Of a stretch of 64,000 nucleotides of DNA, positions 47,873-57,190 are shown piece by piece. The notes beneath the pieces are model-generated. The model saw only the letters and a list, made by a program, of their open reading frames with translations, had not been told where the DNA came from and did not search any database. Location of the stretch: assembly GCA_965116875.1 (NCBI GenBank), contig OZ220733.1:1600001-1664000 (forward strand), written 5' to 3'. This DNA is from Candidatus Latescibacterota bacterium. Lineage in GTDB: Bacteria; Latescibacterota; UBA2968; GCA-2709665. Both the position numbers and the translations under genes were made by a program. Within the stretch, counting starts at the first letter, position 1. Every line of letters starts with the position of its first letter.

Positions 47873-48919
47873 TCAATTGAACGCATCGATCAGGTCGACT
47901 TCACGATAAAGGAGCGCCCGCGCGAAAGCGCCCTCTCCCCGGTAGTCGGATGCGTTCCACGCCCTGGGCGCGCTGTAATAAGCCGTTATGAGCCGGTCCC
48001 CCAGCCTGACCGTGGAGGGATAGCCCAGGTCGCTGTCCCCCAGATCGTCGCACACGATCATCGGACCGCTCCAGGTCCGCCCCGCGTCTCTGCTCACCCG
48101 GGCCTGGACGCCGAAAGGTTCGCGGCGGACGCCATACACCATCAGAATCCAGTCGTTGGACAGCAGCGTGAGGTCCGCCGGATGTTCACGCTCCCTGGTC
48201 ACCTCCGAGGGCGCGTCCCAGGCGTACCCTCCATCCGTGGATCGGGACACCGAGACCAGGCCGCCACGGTCATCCGAACGCATCGCAGCCAGAAGGACGC
48301 CGTCAGACGTCAGGAGCAGGGCTGTTTCGTTATTCCCTTCCGCGATCAGCGACGGACGGTCCCACGTGCGGCCGCCGTCGTCGGAACGCAGAACATACGC
48401 GCAATCGCCCGCCTCCTCCCCGGAGCGGATATCGGAACCGTAGAGCGGCAGCAGCATCGTGCCGTCGGGAAGGTTGACGATGCGGCCGAACGCGGAGTGC
48501 TTTTTCATCGCCGGGAATCCGAGGGACCGATCGTCTTCCCAGCTTCGACCCCCGTCGCGCGACCGGACGATGCGCATCTCCACCCTTCGCAATTCCGGCA
48601 TCCAGCTTCCGTCGCCGCCGTAGGAGCCCTGGGCGTGGTACGCCAGCACGACCGTCCCGTCGGGCGCCACGCCAACCGCGGGATTCCGGTCGTCCGCGGG
48701 GGTATCGACGATCACAACCGGCGCTTCCCACGTACGCCCGCCGTCCGTCGAACGCATCGCCTCAAGCCGGCCGGTAACGCCAACGTGACCGGCGCCGGCG
48801 CGGATCACGGCCAGGACGTCCTCACCGCCCAAATTGGCGACCACGGGAAAATAGCCGCGGTCCCTGCAGAGAACCACCTCGGATGCTGAAGGAAACCGGC
48901 GGAAATCAATAGTTGCCAT
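47873..48919 (-). CDS. BNR/Asp-box (sialidase-like) beta-propeller protein
   Basis: Five S-x-D-x-G-x-x-W Asp boxes and C-terminal DLGYP. Confidence 0.85.
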   Translation of the reverse strand: MATIDFRRFPSASEVVLCRDRGYFPVVANLGGEDVLAVIRAGAGHVGVTGRLEAMRSTDGGRTWEAPVVIVDTPADDRNPAVGVAPDGTVVLAYHAQGSYGGDGSWMPELRRVEMRIVRSRDGGRSWEDDRSLGFPAMKKHSAFGRIVNLPDGTMLLPLYGSDIRSGEEAGDCAYVLRSDDGGRTWDRPSLIAEGNNETALLLTSDGVLLAAMRSDDRGGLVSVSRSTDGGYAWDAPSEVTREREHPADLTLLSNDWILMVYGVRREPFGVQARVSRDAGRTWSGPMIVCDDLGDSDLGYPSTVRLGDRLITAYYSAPRAWNASDYRGEGAFARALLYREVDLIDAFN

Positions 48920-48941
48920 GAGAAATCCTTTCCATGCGGTT

Positions 48942-49165
48942 AGAGGGGAGAGGTGAGACGGGAGAGGGGAGAGATTGGATGCCGTAAAGGGATTCTTCTG
49001 ATGCCGCAGGCAAGTCGGAGGAACAAATCGGCAAGGATTTCTTCTCCCGTCTCACCTCTCCCGTCTCCCCACCTTCGGGCAACCACGAGGGTTGCCCCTA
49101 CATGGACAACGACGGCGTTCCGAGGGCAGAAAGCCCTCGCTCCACGGGGACCTGCTACGGCCCCC
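48942..49165 (+). repeat. Repeat mosaic (F, D, C)
   Basis: Near-identical to 46080-46285. Confidence 0.9.
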
Positions 49166-49184
49166 CCGGTCCCGCGCGGGGACT

Positions 49185-52100
49185 TTACATACTCCACACA
49201 TGCGGAATCCGCCAGGTGTCCCCCGGTGCGACGTCGTAAATGTAGAACGGTTTTCCGGAAAACGCCCCCGCATGGCCGGGATCGGCGAGCGTGAGCCTGC
49301 CCTTCTCAGCCGATTTCAATCGCGGCCCGGTCTGACCGCGCGTGTGCGAAATCGTCTTTCCGTCAAACAAATCGCGCACCACCTCGAGCTTCAGCATCGG
49401 GGTGTCCGTCAGCAGCGTTGCGCCTTCCACCTTCGCGACCCGTCCTTCGCTGAGCAGCAGATCCATCTCTTCCAGCGCGATCAGATACCGGCCCTCGCCC
49501 GCATCCTCGATGCCCGTGATTTCGTATGACGAGTTGCAGATGTAATCGGGATGCGCGATGACCGCCGTCCGCCCCGTCAGCGAACCGTCCAGCGGAAGCG
49601 GGACCCGCGTGGAGACGACGATCCGGCGGCGGTCGATATCCACCGCGTGTACCTGTCCCGCCCATTCGCCGGGCCCCTCCATTTCAATCTCTCCGAAACG
49701 GAACGCCCTTCCGTTCACCACCTGCGCCCGCCGGATCGTGCCGCCCTCGCGTTCCACGAATGCCCAGTCTCCGTCGAACCGGAACGGCAAGCCGTCCACC
49801 TCGCCCTCCGTGACGCCATCCAGACCGAACAAGACATAGTGGATCCGCCTGCCGATCTCCACCCTCATGCCCGCGGTGCGTCCGCCCACCGGCAGCGGCG
49901 CAACCCCGTCGATATAGGGACTGCCCGAAAACGGCTCCAGAACGCCCGCGAACCGGTTTTCCTGCCCATGCAGTCCTGAACGCCGCACGATTACGTACCG
50001 GTCCCACGGGCTGTGGCCCTGCAGTCCCGTCCCCTCGGCGAGCCCGGTGATCACCTCTGAACCCGCCTCGCCGGTCATGTGCAGCCGGATGCCGGCGCCG
50101 TACTCTTCCGTCCGCCAGACTGCCGTCACCCCTCCGTCCGTGCGGGCCCTCGCCACGTCCTTCACCCAACCGTATCCGGGCGCCTCTCCAAACGGGACGC
50201 CGGGTCCGGCGAGGGTGCCCTCAGCCTGCCTATCGAGGGACGCGCCCCCGGACAATGCGATGTCGAACCGTTCCGCATTCGCCCCGGCCCAGCCGTGGAA
50301 GCCGTAGTCGTGTTCCGAACCCCCGGCTGTGCGAAACAGGTCGACCATGTAGGCCCGCTCGTCGTCCACCGGAACCAGCGCCACCGTCCGCCGGTACAGG
50401 CTCGCAAGGTCCGGATACGCCCGTTCGGCGGAGGCATCCGCAAGCCGCACCCACGGCCCGTCCACCAGCAGATTCAGGCTTCCCGTTGCGAACACCTGGT
50501 TTCCGCCGTCGATGACCGCTGTAAAATGGCTGGCCGTGTGCGTCTCCCATCCGTCCTTCTTCGGCGCCACCCAGCTTGGCGGATATCCCAGGTCCGCGGA
50601 CAGATCGTAACCGTACGCGATGATGTTCACCGCCAGCTTGTCCATATGCCCGTGGCCCCGGTTCCCCTTCCCGTAATTCAGCACCACGTGCCGGCGGCCG
50701 GCCTGTTCGCTCCCCGCACGCAGGATGCAGAAGCCCGAATCGTGCAACACGTCGCTCGCGCGCGATGTACGACCCGCCTGCACCGTCTCGCGCCACGGTT
50801 CGCAGTGGAACAGGAGATAGAGGTCGCCGTTTTTGCGCGCGGCGTCCGGGTCGCCGCCGGTACCCGCCAGAATCCGGCGCGCGTACCGGTCCCGCGCCTC
50901 CGGCAGACGCAGGTAGCCGATCTCGTCCTCCAGCGAATACGGCGTGCGCAACACGCTGTTCCGACCGCCGCCCGTGTCGCCGATCATGGGCACACGTCCG
51001 TCGCAGTCCACCGCGCTGGCGAATTCCATCATCTCCCGAAGCCGGAACTTCGGGTCGCGATACAGGTCAACCGGCGACGTGAAGCGGTCGCCATCCTGAA
51101 ACCCGAGGGTCCATTCGGCCGCGTTCAGCGCGCCCCGTACGTTGCCGGCGCCGTAGCCGATCGAGTCGTACCAGAACTTCCCGTCCCGGAAGAAGCTGTT
51201 GGACATCACGTTGTAGAGACCGGTCGGCGCATCGAGAGCCTGCCTGATCATCTCCCCGTTCTGAAGACACGCCCCCACCTCGAGCAGACAGTAGAGCGAC
51301 GACGTGAGGAAATCGCCGCCGGCGATGGGCAGCGTCCGGTCCAGAAACTCGTAGGCATACGCGAACAGGTTCCGGTGGATATTCAAGTTGATATCCCTTG
51401 ACGCCGCCGGTCCGTCCCTTCCGTTCCTGGCCTCGAAGAACCCCGCCAGGTCTTCGTCCTCTCCGATCGCCTCGAAGACGAGATCGTACGTCAACGCCAC
51501 GTTGTGCAGGAAGGACTGCTCCCGTCCGGACGCCTCCCCCACGTAGCCCCGGATCGGGTCCTTGCTCCGATCGTAGCCCTCGTACCCCTCCTTGATGCCT
51601 CGCAGCCTCCCGTACACGTCGGCCAGGCGGTTCAGCAGGATCCCCGCTTTGTGTGCATATTTCCGTTCCCCCGTAAAGACGTAGGCCAGCGCCAGCGCCT
51701 GGGAGGCGGGCCTTCCCTGGGGCCCCTCGCCCGTCTGGGGAGCGTAGGGATTGGAAAAAAGCCGGTAGAGCAGATAACATCGGTACGCGCCCACGAAATA
51801 GTAGGTGACGCCGGCGTTCGGAAACCCCTCGGGGGCCACCCACCCCGGTCCTTCGTCCAGCACCCGGACCGGCTCTCCCGTACCCGGATTCTCAACCTCG
51901 ATGCCATGGTACCACCACTCGCCGCCCAGATTGCACCGCCACTGGTACGGATGCAGGAGATCCCCTTCGAACGTGGACCGGTTGCCGCCGTGGATCGGGC
52001 ACCCGTCGTACTGGGCGACGGTCAACGCCATGGGATTCTGCGTGGGCACCATCGCGTAGAGCGTCTCATCCGAGAAGTCCGCCCAGAAGTCGGCGTCCCG

Positions 52101-52361
52101 CACGATCCGGTCCACCATGTCCCGTGCCCAGTCCAGCCGCTCCGCGTTCCGCCGCGCCCGTTCCAGGTCCTTGCGGTTGTAGATCCCCACCAGACCCTGC
52201 CGCTTGCCGACGCCGATCACGTCTTCGTGGAACCGCGAGGCGCGCGCGTACCGGTCCGGTTCGTGGTCCGGCAGCGGATCGCGGAGGTGCAGGTGTTCGT
52301 ACAACGCCCTCAGCGCCGGTTCATCCTCGACGACCTCTCCCTTTACTGGCATTCTGACCAC
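49185..52361 (-). CDS. Heparinase II/III-like polysaccharide lyase
   Basis: DG..Y.SIGY, P.IGD, SGFCILR, GHGHMD and HTASH.T..IDG..Q motifs. Confidence 0.75.
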   Translation of the reverse strand: MVRMPVKGEVVEDEPALRALYEHLHLRDPLPDHEPDRYARASRFHEDVIGVGKRQGLVGIYNRKDLERARRNAERLDWARDMVDRIVRDADFWADFSDETLYAMVPTQNPMALTVAQYDGCPIHGGNRSTFEGDLLHPYQWRCNLGGEWWYHGIEVENPGTGEPVRVLDEGPGWVAPEGFPNAGVTYYFVGAYRCYLLYRLFSNPYAPQTGEGPQGRPASQALALAYVFTGERKYAHKAGILLNRLADVYGRLRGIKEGYEGYDRSKDPIRGYVGEASGREQSFLHNVALTYDLVFEAIGEDEDLAGFFEARNGRDGPAASRDINLNIHRNLFAYAYEFLDRTLPIAGGDFLTSSLYCLLEVGACLQNGEMIRQALDAPTGLYNVMSNSFFRDGKFWYDSIGYGAGNVRGALNAAEWTLGFQDGDRFTSPVDLYRDPKFRLREMMEFASAVDCDGRVPMIGDTGGGRNSVLRTPYSLEDEIGYLRLPEARDRYARRILAGTGGDPDAARKNGDLYLLFHCEPWRETVQAGRTSRASDVLHDSGFCILRAGSEQAGRRHVVLNYGKGNRGHGHMDKLAVNIIAYGYDLSADLGYPPSWVAPKKDGWETHTASHFTAVIDGGNQVFATGSLNLLVDGPWVRLADASAERAYPDLASLYRRTVALVPVDDERAYMVDLFRTAGGSEHDYGFHGWAGANAERFDIALSGGASLDRQAEGTLAGPGVPFGEAPGYGWVKDVARARTDGGVTAVWRTEEYGAGIRLHMTGEAGSEVITGLAEGTGLQGHSPWDRYVIVRRSGLHGQENRFAGVLEPFSGSPYIDGVAPLPVGGRTAGMRVEIGRRIHYVLFGLDGVTEGEVDGLPFRFDGDWAFVEREGGTIRRAQVVNGRAFRFGEIEMEGPGEWAGQVHAVDIDRRRIVVSTRVPLPLDGSLTGRTAVIAHPDYICNSSYEITGIEDAGEGRYLIALEEMDLLLSEGRVAKVEGATLLTDTPMLKLEVVRDLFDGKTISHTRGQTGPRLKSAEKGRLTLADPGHAGAFSGKPFYIYDVAPGDTWRIPHVWSM

Positions 52362-52494
52362 GTCGTCACCTCCATCCAGGGGCCCGAAAAAACACCGGCC
52401 CGAATCGGTTCCGTGCCTCCGATTGTGCTCTTCAGGGTGAAAGAAAACGTTTCAAAATCCAGGAACTTCCCGTTATTTTCTACGAACGACGCCT

Positions 52495-52860
52495 CCTCCC
52501 GGCCCCGCAGACCTCTCTCCCCGGCCCTCTCTCCTAAAGGAAAGAGGGAGAAAGGCCGGACGTCGCCTTGCCTGTATTCTATAGAGACTCTGATTGAAAG
52601 GAAATCGCCACCCCGGAACGTTTGCAAGCCCGGTACATCCACCCGTCACCGTTCCCCCTTCCTTCAGGAAGTGGACATGGGGTAGGTCCAAAAATCGGGA
52701 AGACGTTAGACGTTAGACGGGAGAGATTACCTGCCTTGAGAGGATTCTTCTCGTGCCGGAGGCCAGGAGGAATAACATACCCGGCGAGATTTCTTCTACC
52801 GTCTCACTTCTCCCGTCTCCCCGCATTTATTCTACCGTCTCCCCTCTTCCCTCTCCCCGC
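52495..52860 (+). repeat. Repeat mosaic (A, G' variant, F')
   Basis: A hairpin at about 52512-52548; CCCCTTCCTTCAGGAAG...GGGGTAGGTC; F' arms. Confidence 0.82.
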
Positions 52861-52918
52861 CTTTCGGCAACCTCTCAACCCGGTCCTTCGAAAAGTGATC
52901 CAGGAGACCGTTCAGACA

Positions 52919-54004
52919 ATGAACAAATCCCTGAAACTCGCGGTTGTGGGCGTGGGACGCATCGGCGTTTTCCATGCCAGGCACGTCCAGGAACTGGGTG
53001 AAGAAGCCGGTTCCTGCGAGCTGGTTGCCGTGGCGGACGGCTACGGAAGCACCGCCGGCGACGTTGCCCGGGAACTTGGGCAAAACCAGGCAACCGAAAT
53101 CCGCGCCTTCACGAGTACGCGGGACCTGGCGGACGCAGGCGTGATCGACGCGGCCGTGGTGGCCTCGAGGACCGAAGACCACGAAGCCGACGCCCGTGCG
53201 CTGATTGACGCCGGTTGTCGCGTGATGCTTGAAAAGCCCCTTACCGGCTCGGTGGCGTCCGCTGCCGAATTCGTGAGAAACCTGTCGAGAGATAATACGA
53301 AAAAGCAGGTCCTCATGCAGGCCTTTATGAGACGCTTCGACGAGCCGCTGCGCCACGCGAAATCGCTCCTGGACCGGCAGGCTGTGGGCAACCCGTTCAA
53401 AGTCGTTTCCGTCCTCGAAGACCCGCACCCGCCGCCGGTGGGCTACAACAGCCCGGGCATCGTGCCGGACATGGCCGTACACAATATCGACGAAGCGATC
53501 TGGCTTCTGGACGCGCGACCGGAACGGATCAGCGCCATGGCCGCGAACCTGCACAACTTCAGAATCACGTCCGTAAGGGAAGACTTCGACGACGCGTTCC
53601 TGCAGATGACCTTTCCCGGCGACGTCATCGCGCAGATCCAGGTAAGCAGAAACCACGTGGCCGGGTATCGCAACGAAACGTGGATCTACGGCCGGGACGG
53701 CCTCATCCACGTGGGTCGCTTCCAGGAAGACCCGCTGCGGGTGACGGTGGAAGCGTACAACCGGGAGGGCGTGATCGAAAAGAAGGACTTCCGGATGAGA
53801 GATTACGGCGGGGAAGTCCCGGTGTTCATCCAACGGTTCGGACCGGCCTACAAGCGGGAACTGGCGTATTTCGTGGACCGGTGCCTGAAAGACGAACCCT
53901 TCAGCGTTACCCAGGAGGACGGCCTCGATGCCATGCGCGTGGCCGAGGCCGGGATCCGGTCGCTGCGCGAGGGAGGGCAGGCGGTAACAATCCAGCCTGA
54001 TTGA
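52919..54004 (+). CDS. Gfo/Idh/MocA oxidoreductase (inositol dehydrogenase-like)
   Basis: GVGRIG, LEKP, FMRRFD and DMAVHNID motifs; AGGAG RBS. Confidence 0.88.
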   Translation: MNKSLKLAVVGVGRIGVFHARHVQELGEEAGSCELVAVADGYGSTAGDVARELGQNQATEIRAFTSTRDLADAGVIDAAVVASRTEDHEADARALIDAGCRVMLEKPLTGSVASAAEFVRNLSRDNTKKQVLMQAFMRRFDEPLRHAKSLLDRQAVGNPFKVVSVLEDPHPPPVGYNSPGIVPDMAVHNIDEAIWLLDARPERISAMAANLHNFRITSVREDFDDAFLQMTFPGDVIAQIQVSRNHVAGYRNETWIYGRDGLIHVGRFQEDPLRVTVEAYNREGVIEKKDFRMRDYGGEVPVFIQRFGPAYKRELAYFVDRCLKDEPFSVTQEDGLDAMRVAEAGIRSLREGGQAVTIQPD

Positions 54005-54019
54005 TTCAAAGACCGAACT

Positions 54020-54190
54020 TACATGGATGGACAGGATGAGCAGGATTGGAGAACAGGAGCAGGATCAAATCTGAACAGGATTGGTTACCAAATGCAGGAC
54101 CAGAACTGAACCGGATGAACAGGATCAGAAGCAGAGCATTGGCTTTTCGAACCCGCATCCTGAATTCACGTTACCCGGATGGACATGACA
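54020..54190 (+). repeat. CAGGAT-type ~9-mer repeat tract between convergent genes
   Basis: Repeated GACAGGATG/AGCAGGAT/AACAGGAT units, with an inverted ATCCTG near 54157. Confidence 0.65.
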
Positions 54191-54230
54191 AAAGCCACGG
54201 GCCGAAAAAACGCCCTGGGTTCCTACACAC

Positions 54231-55289
54231 TTACGAAAGTGGGAAATCGACGCGGCAGTTCCCGCCGTGGTGCGACTTCAGGATCCCCATCATAATCGCC
54301 ACCGTCTTGCGCGCCTCCCGCGCGGGCGAGACCAGGTCGCCGCCCTCCTCCAGCACCCGGACCAGTTCACCCACCGCCGCTGTCTGGTTTTCCATCGCGT
54401 ATTTCCCGGACAGGATGGGAGACGTCGACGACTCGAAGTGCGACCTGCTCCGGATCAGGGATGCGCCCCGGTCTGAAATCTCGATACGACCATCCTCGCA
54501 GGTCAGCGCGAACTTCGAACCCGGAAAGTCCACCTTGTACGCATTGTAGAATGCCCGTACGCCGTTATCGAACCGGATGTAGGCAGACGCGTACGGATCG
54601 ACGGCCGGATCTTTGCCGCCGTCCCCCTTGTACTCGGTGAAATGCTCGAACCCCTCTTCGAGTTCGGCCGAAAGCCACAGGGGATTGGCCTCGGCGAAGA
54701 AACAGACCATGTCCAGCAGGTGGGTCCCGTTCCGGAACATCATCGCCCGGCGGCTGAACTGCTCGCACACCACCGTTCGCAGAGGGCCGATCTCACCGCT
54801 TCGAATGATCTCTCTCGCCTCGAGATAGCTCGGATTCCACCGTCTGGTGTGCTCGATCGAGAGGAGTACGTCGTTGGCTTCGGCGGCGGCGATCATCCGG
54901 TCCGCGTCTTCCAGCGAGGTGGCGATCGGCTTCTCGCACAGGATGGCGCGCGCACCCGATTCGGCCGCGGCCACGGTCATATCCGCGTGTACGTGGTCCG
55001 ACGTCGCCACGCTCACCAGGTCCGGCTTCTCCTTCTGCAGCATCTCCCGGTAATCCGTATACAGACCTACGCCGGGCCAGACGTCTTCCCACTGCGCGCT
55101 GAAATCCGCAAGCGCCTCCGCACGGAGGTCGCACGCGCCCACCACACGGGTCCGGGGATGCCGATCGTACGCGGCCGCGTGCGAGCCGGGCATCGGGCCG
55201 TAAACAGGCAGCCGCCCGTCTTCCTCGGGCCGCCTGGCGCCAATGCCGGTCAGGCCGATGATTACCGCGCGGTATTCGGGTTTTGACAT
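54231..55289 (-). CDS. Gfo/Idh/MocA oxidoreductase
   Basis: IIGLTGIG, CEKP, H.RRW and GTHLLD motifs; AGGAGG RBS before ATG 55289. Confidence 0.88.
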   Translation of the reverse strand: MSKPEYRAVIIGLTGIGARRPEEDGRLPVYGPMPGSHAAAYDRHPRTRVVGACDLRAEALADFSAQWEDVWPGVGLYTDYREMLQKEKPDLVSVATSDHVHADMTVAAAESGARAILCEKPIATSLEDADRMIAAAEANDVLLSIEHTRRWNPSYLEAREIIRSGEIGPLRTVVCEQFSRRAMMFRNGTHLLDMVCFFAEANPLWLSAELEEGFEHFTEYKGDGGKDPAVDPYASAYIRFDNGVRAFYNAYKVDFPGSKFALTCEDGRIEISDRGASLIRSRSHFESSTSPILSGKYAMENQTAAVGELVRVLEEGGDLVSPAREARKTVAIMMGILKSHHGGNCRVDFPLS

Positions 55290-55393
55290 GGACGTGTCCT
55301 CCTGATAATGGTAGTGACAGCCAACATCGAGGAACTTCACCTGAATGGCATCAAAGTCAGCGGGATAGTCGCCAGCTCCAGTACAGCTTCTAA

Positions 55394-55513
55394 TCACTCC
55401 CCCCTTGAGGGGGAGTCGCAGAAGCCGAGCCTGCCCGCTGAGCCTGTCGAAATGTAGAAGGCGCCGCCCTGAGCTTGTCGAAGGGGCAGGCGACGGCTGA
55501 TGCGGTGGGGGGT
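55394..55513. repeat. Palindromic element carrying two nested CTGAGCYTGTCGAA units
   Basis: ACTCCCCCCTTGAGGGGGAGT hairpin; CTGAGCCTGTCGAA at about 55438 and CTGAGCTTGTCGAA at about 55469. Confidence 0.6.
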
Positions 55514-55531
55514 TTGCCAACTCCTCGCTGA

Positions 55532-56725
55532 CTATTGTACTGACTCCAGTTTTTCAAGCGCCTTTCTCGCGCCTTTATGGTCCTTCTCCAGTTTCAGGAC
55601 GTTCCTGTACGCGTTGCGCGCGAGTTTCGTCTCTCCCTGGCGCGCGTAGATGCGGCCGAGCCGGTAGAGTCCGTTCCGGCGAGCGACGCGCCATTGCGCC
55701 GGCACCTGGCGAAGATAAATCGTCAACGATTCCAGTCCCAGATCCAGTTCCATCCCGGTCAGGGCGGAGAACCTGCCAACCGCATAGAGGGCCTGAAGCC
55801 GAAATCCCTCGACCCTCAGCGCTCTCTCGAAGGATTGTACCCCCGGGTGTGAATCGGCCGCCAGCGCCGCGAGGGCTTCCGTCGCGACATCAAGGCTGCG
55901 GCGAGCGGCCTGCAACGCCTTTTCGTTTTCCTTCTCCAGCCGATACAGGTTGCTCAGTCGCCGCAGGACCGGGCTACGATCGGGATACGACTGCAGAAAC
56001 GTCTCGTAGACGCGGATTGCGTCGAGACGCCGTTCGTCGCGGAGATAGTGCGTCGCCAGTGAAATCACGGGGCGCACGTCGCCATTCGCTTGCGCGACCG
56101 CGTCAAGATAGGCTGTTTTCCGTTTGTCCTGCGCCTCTTCCTTCGCGTGGATGATGGCCTGCGCCATGTGGCCTTCCAATGGGTTCCGGGACGCGATCTC
56201 CGCGGCCTGTTTCAGCGCTATTTCCCTGCTGCCGCCCAGAATGCCCGGCGCGAAGAGATGGTACTCCACCAGCTTGGTGCGTGCGGCGAGGTGATCGGGA
56301 TCCAGTTGAACCGCCTTCTCGAACGCCTTGCGGGTGCGGCGGGCCTTGCCGGGCTTCCCGAAAATGCTGGCGCGCTGCGCCCTCGCGCCGTACGCCATTC
56401 CCAGCCAGAACTGATAGTCTGCCGTTTCGGAATCCGCTTTAGCGGCTTTCTCGAACCATTCGAACGCCGCCTCGATGTCCCCCTCCCATGTATCGATGCG
56501 GCCCAGCAGATAACAGATCCGGGCACGGTCGGTCCCGGGTTGGGCGAGCAGTGTCTTCAGACTGTCTTCGGCATCCGCATATCGGCCCTCGATGAATGCC
56601 GCAAGGGCGGGACGGATCTCCGGTGACGCCGCCTCGAGGCTCGGCGACAGACACACCAGAACAATAAAGAAGATTACCACATGCCTTGCCAATTCACCCT
56701 CCTGAGTCCTATCGTATTCTCGCAT
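55532..56725 (-). CDS. Exported TPR-repeat protein
   Basis: Hydrophobic signal-like N-terminus and multiple TPR-like helical repeats. Confidence 0.75.
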   Translation of the reverse strand: MREYDRTQEGELARHVVIFFIVLVCLSPSLEAASPEIRPALAAFIEGRYADAEDSLKTLLAQPGTDRARICYLLGRIDTWEGDIEAAFEWFEKAAKADSETADYQFWLGMAYGARAQRASIFGKPGKARRTRKAFEKAVQLDPDHLAARTKLVEYHLFAPGILGGSREIALKQAAEIASRNPLEGHMAQAIIHAKEEAQDKRKTAYLDAVAQANGDVRPVISLATHYLRDERRLDAIRVYETFLQSYPDRSPVLRRLSNLYRLEKENEKALQAARRSLDVATEALAALAADSHPGVQSFERALRVEGFRLQALYAVGRFSALTGMELDLGLESLTIYLRQVPAQWRVARRNGLYRLGRIYARQGETKLARNAYRNVLKLEKDHKGARKALEKLESVQ

Positions 56726-56768
56726 TGCGAAACTACGAGAGTACGAAACGGCGAAACTACGAAAGAGC

Positions 56769-57155
56769 GGGGAGAGGGTAGACCGTAGACGGGAGAAGAA
56801 GCCCTTGCCGATCTGTTCCGCCGACTTGCCCGCGGCATGAGAAAAAACTCTTTACGGCATCCGATCTCTCCCCTCTCACGTCTTCCTCTCACCAGGTGGT
56901 GGGGCGGGGTGTGGTCCTTTCCCCTCTTCCGTCCAACGTCTACGATAGTATATATGGGAAGGTGTCAACCCACCGCTTCGCTTATCTCCCTCTTTCCTTT
57001 AGGAGAGAGGGCCGGGGAGAGAGGTCTGCGGCGATGGGTGGAGGGGTTGCTCTTGCCTTTGCCTCTGGTTTTGGCTTACGGCTTATAGCTGATAGCTGAC
57101 AGCTTTGTCTGAGGGGCCGGGGAGAGAGGTCCGCTGACTGCTGATAGCTGACCGC
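56769..57155 (-). repeat. Repeat mosaic in reverse orientation (B, half-A, B, A, F read on minus strand)
   Basis: Reverse complements of modules A (56987-57024), B and F (56769-56891). Confidence 0.88.
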
Positions 57156-57190
57156 TCTGTGTGTGGGGGGATGGGGGCAGAGGGCTTCAC

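Noticed and set aside
42530-49143. D-spacer-C units as mini-CRISPR arrays
   Set aside because: The 20-nt spacers are homologous to one another and the flanking repeats differ
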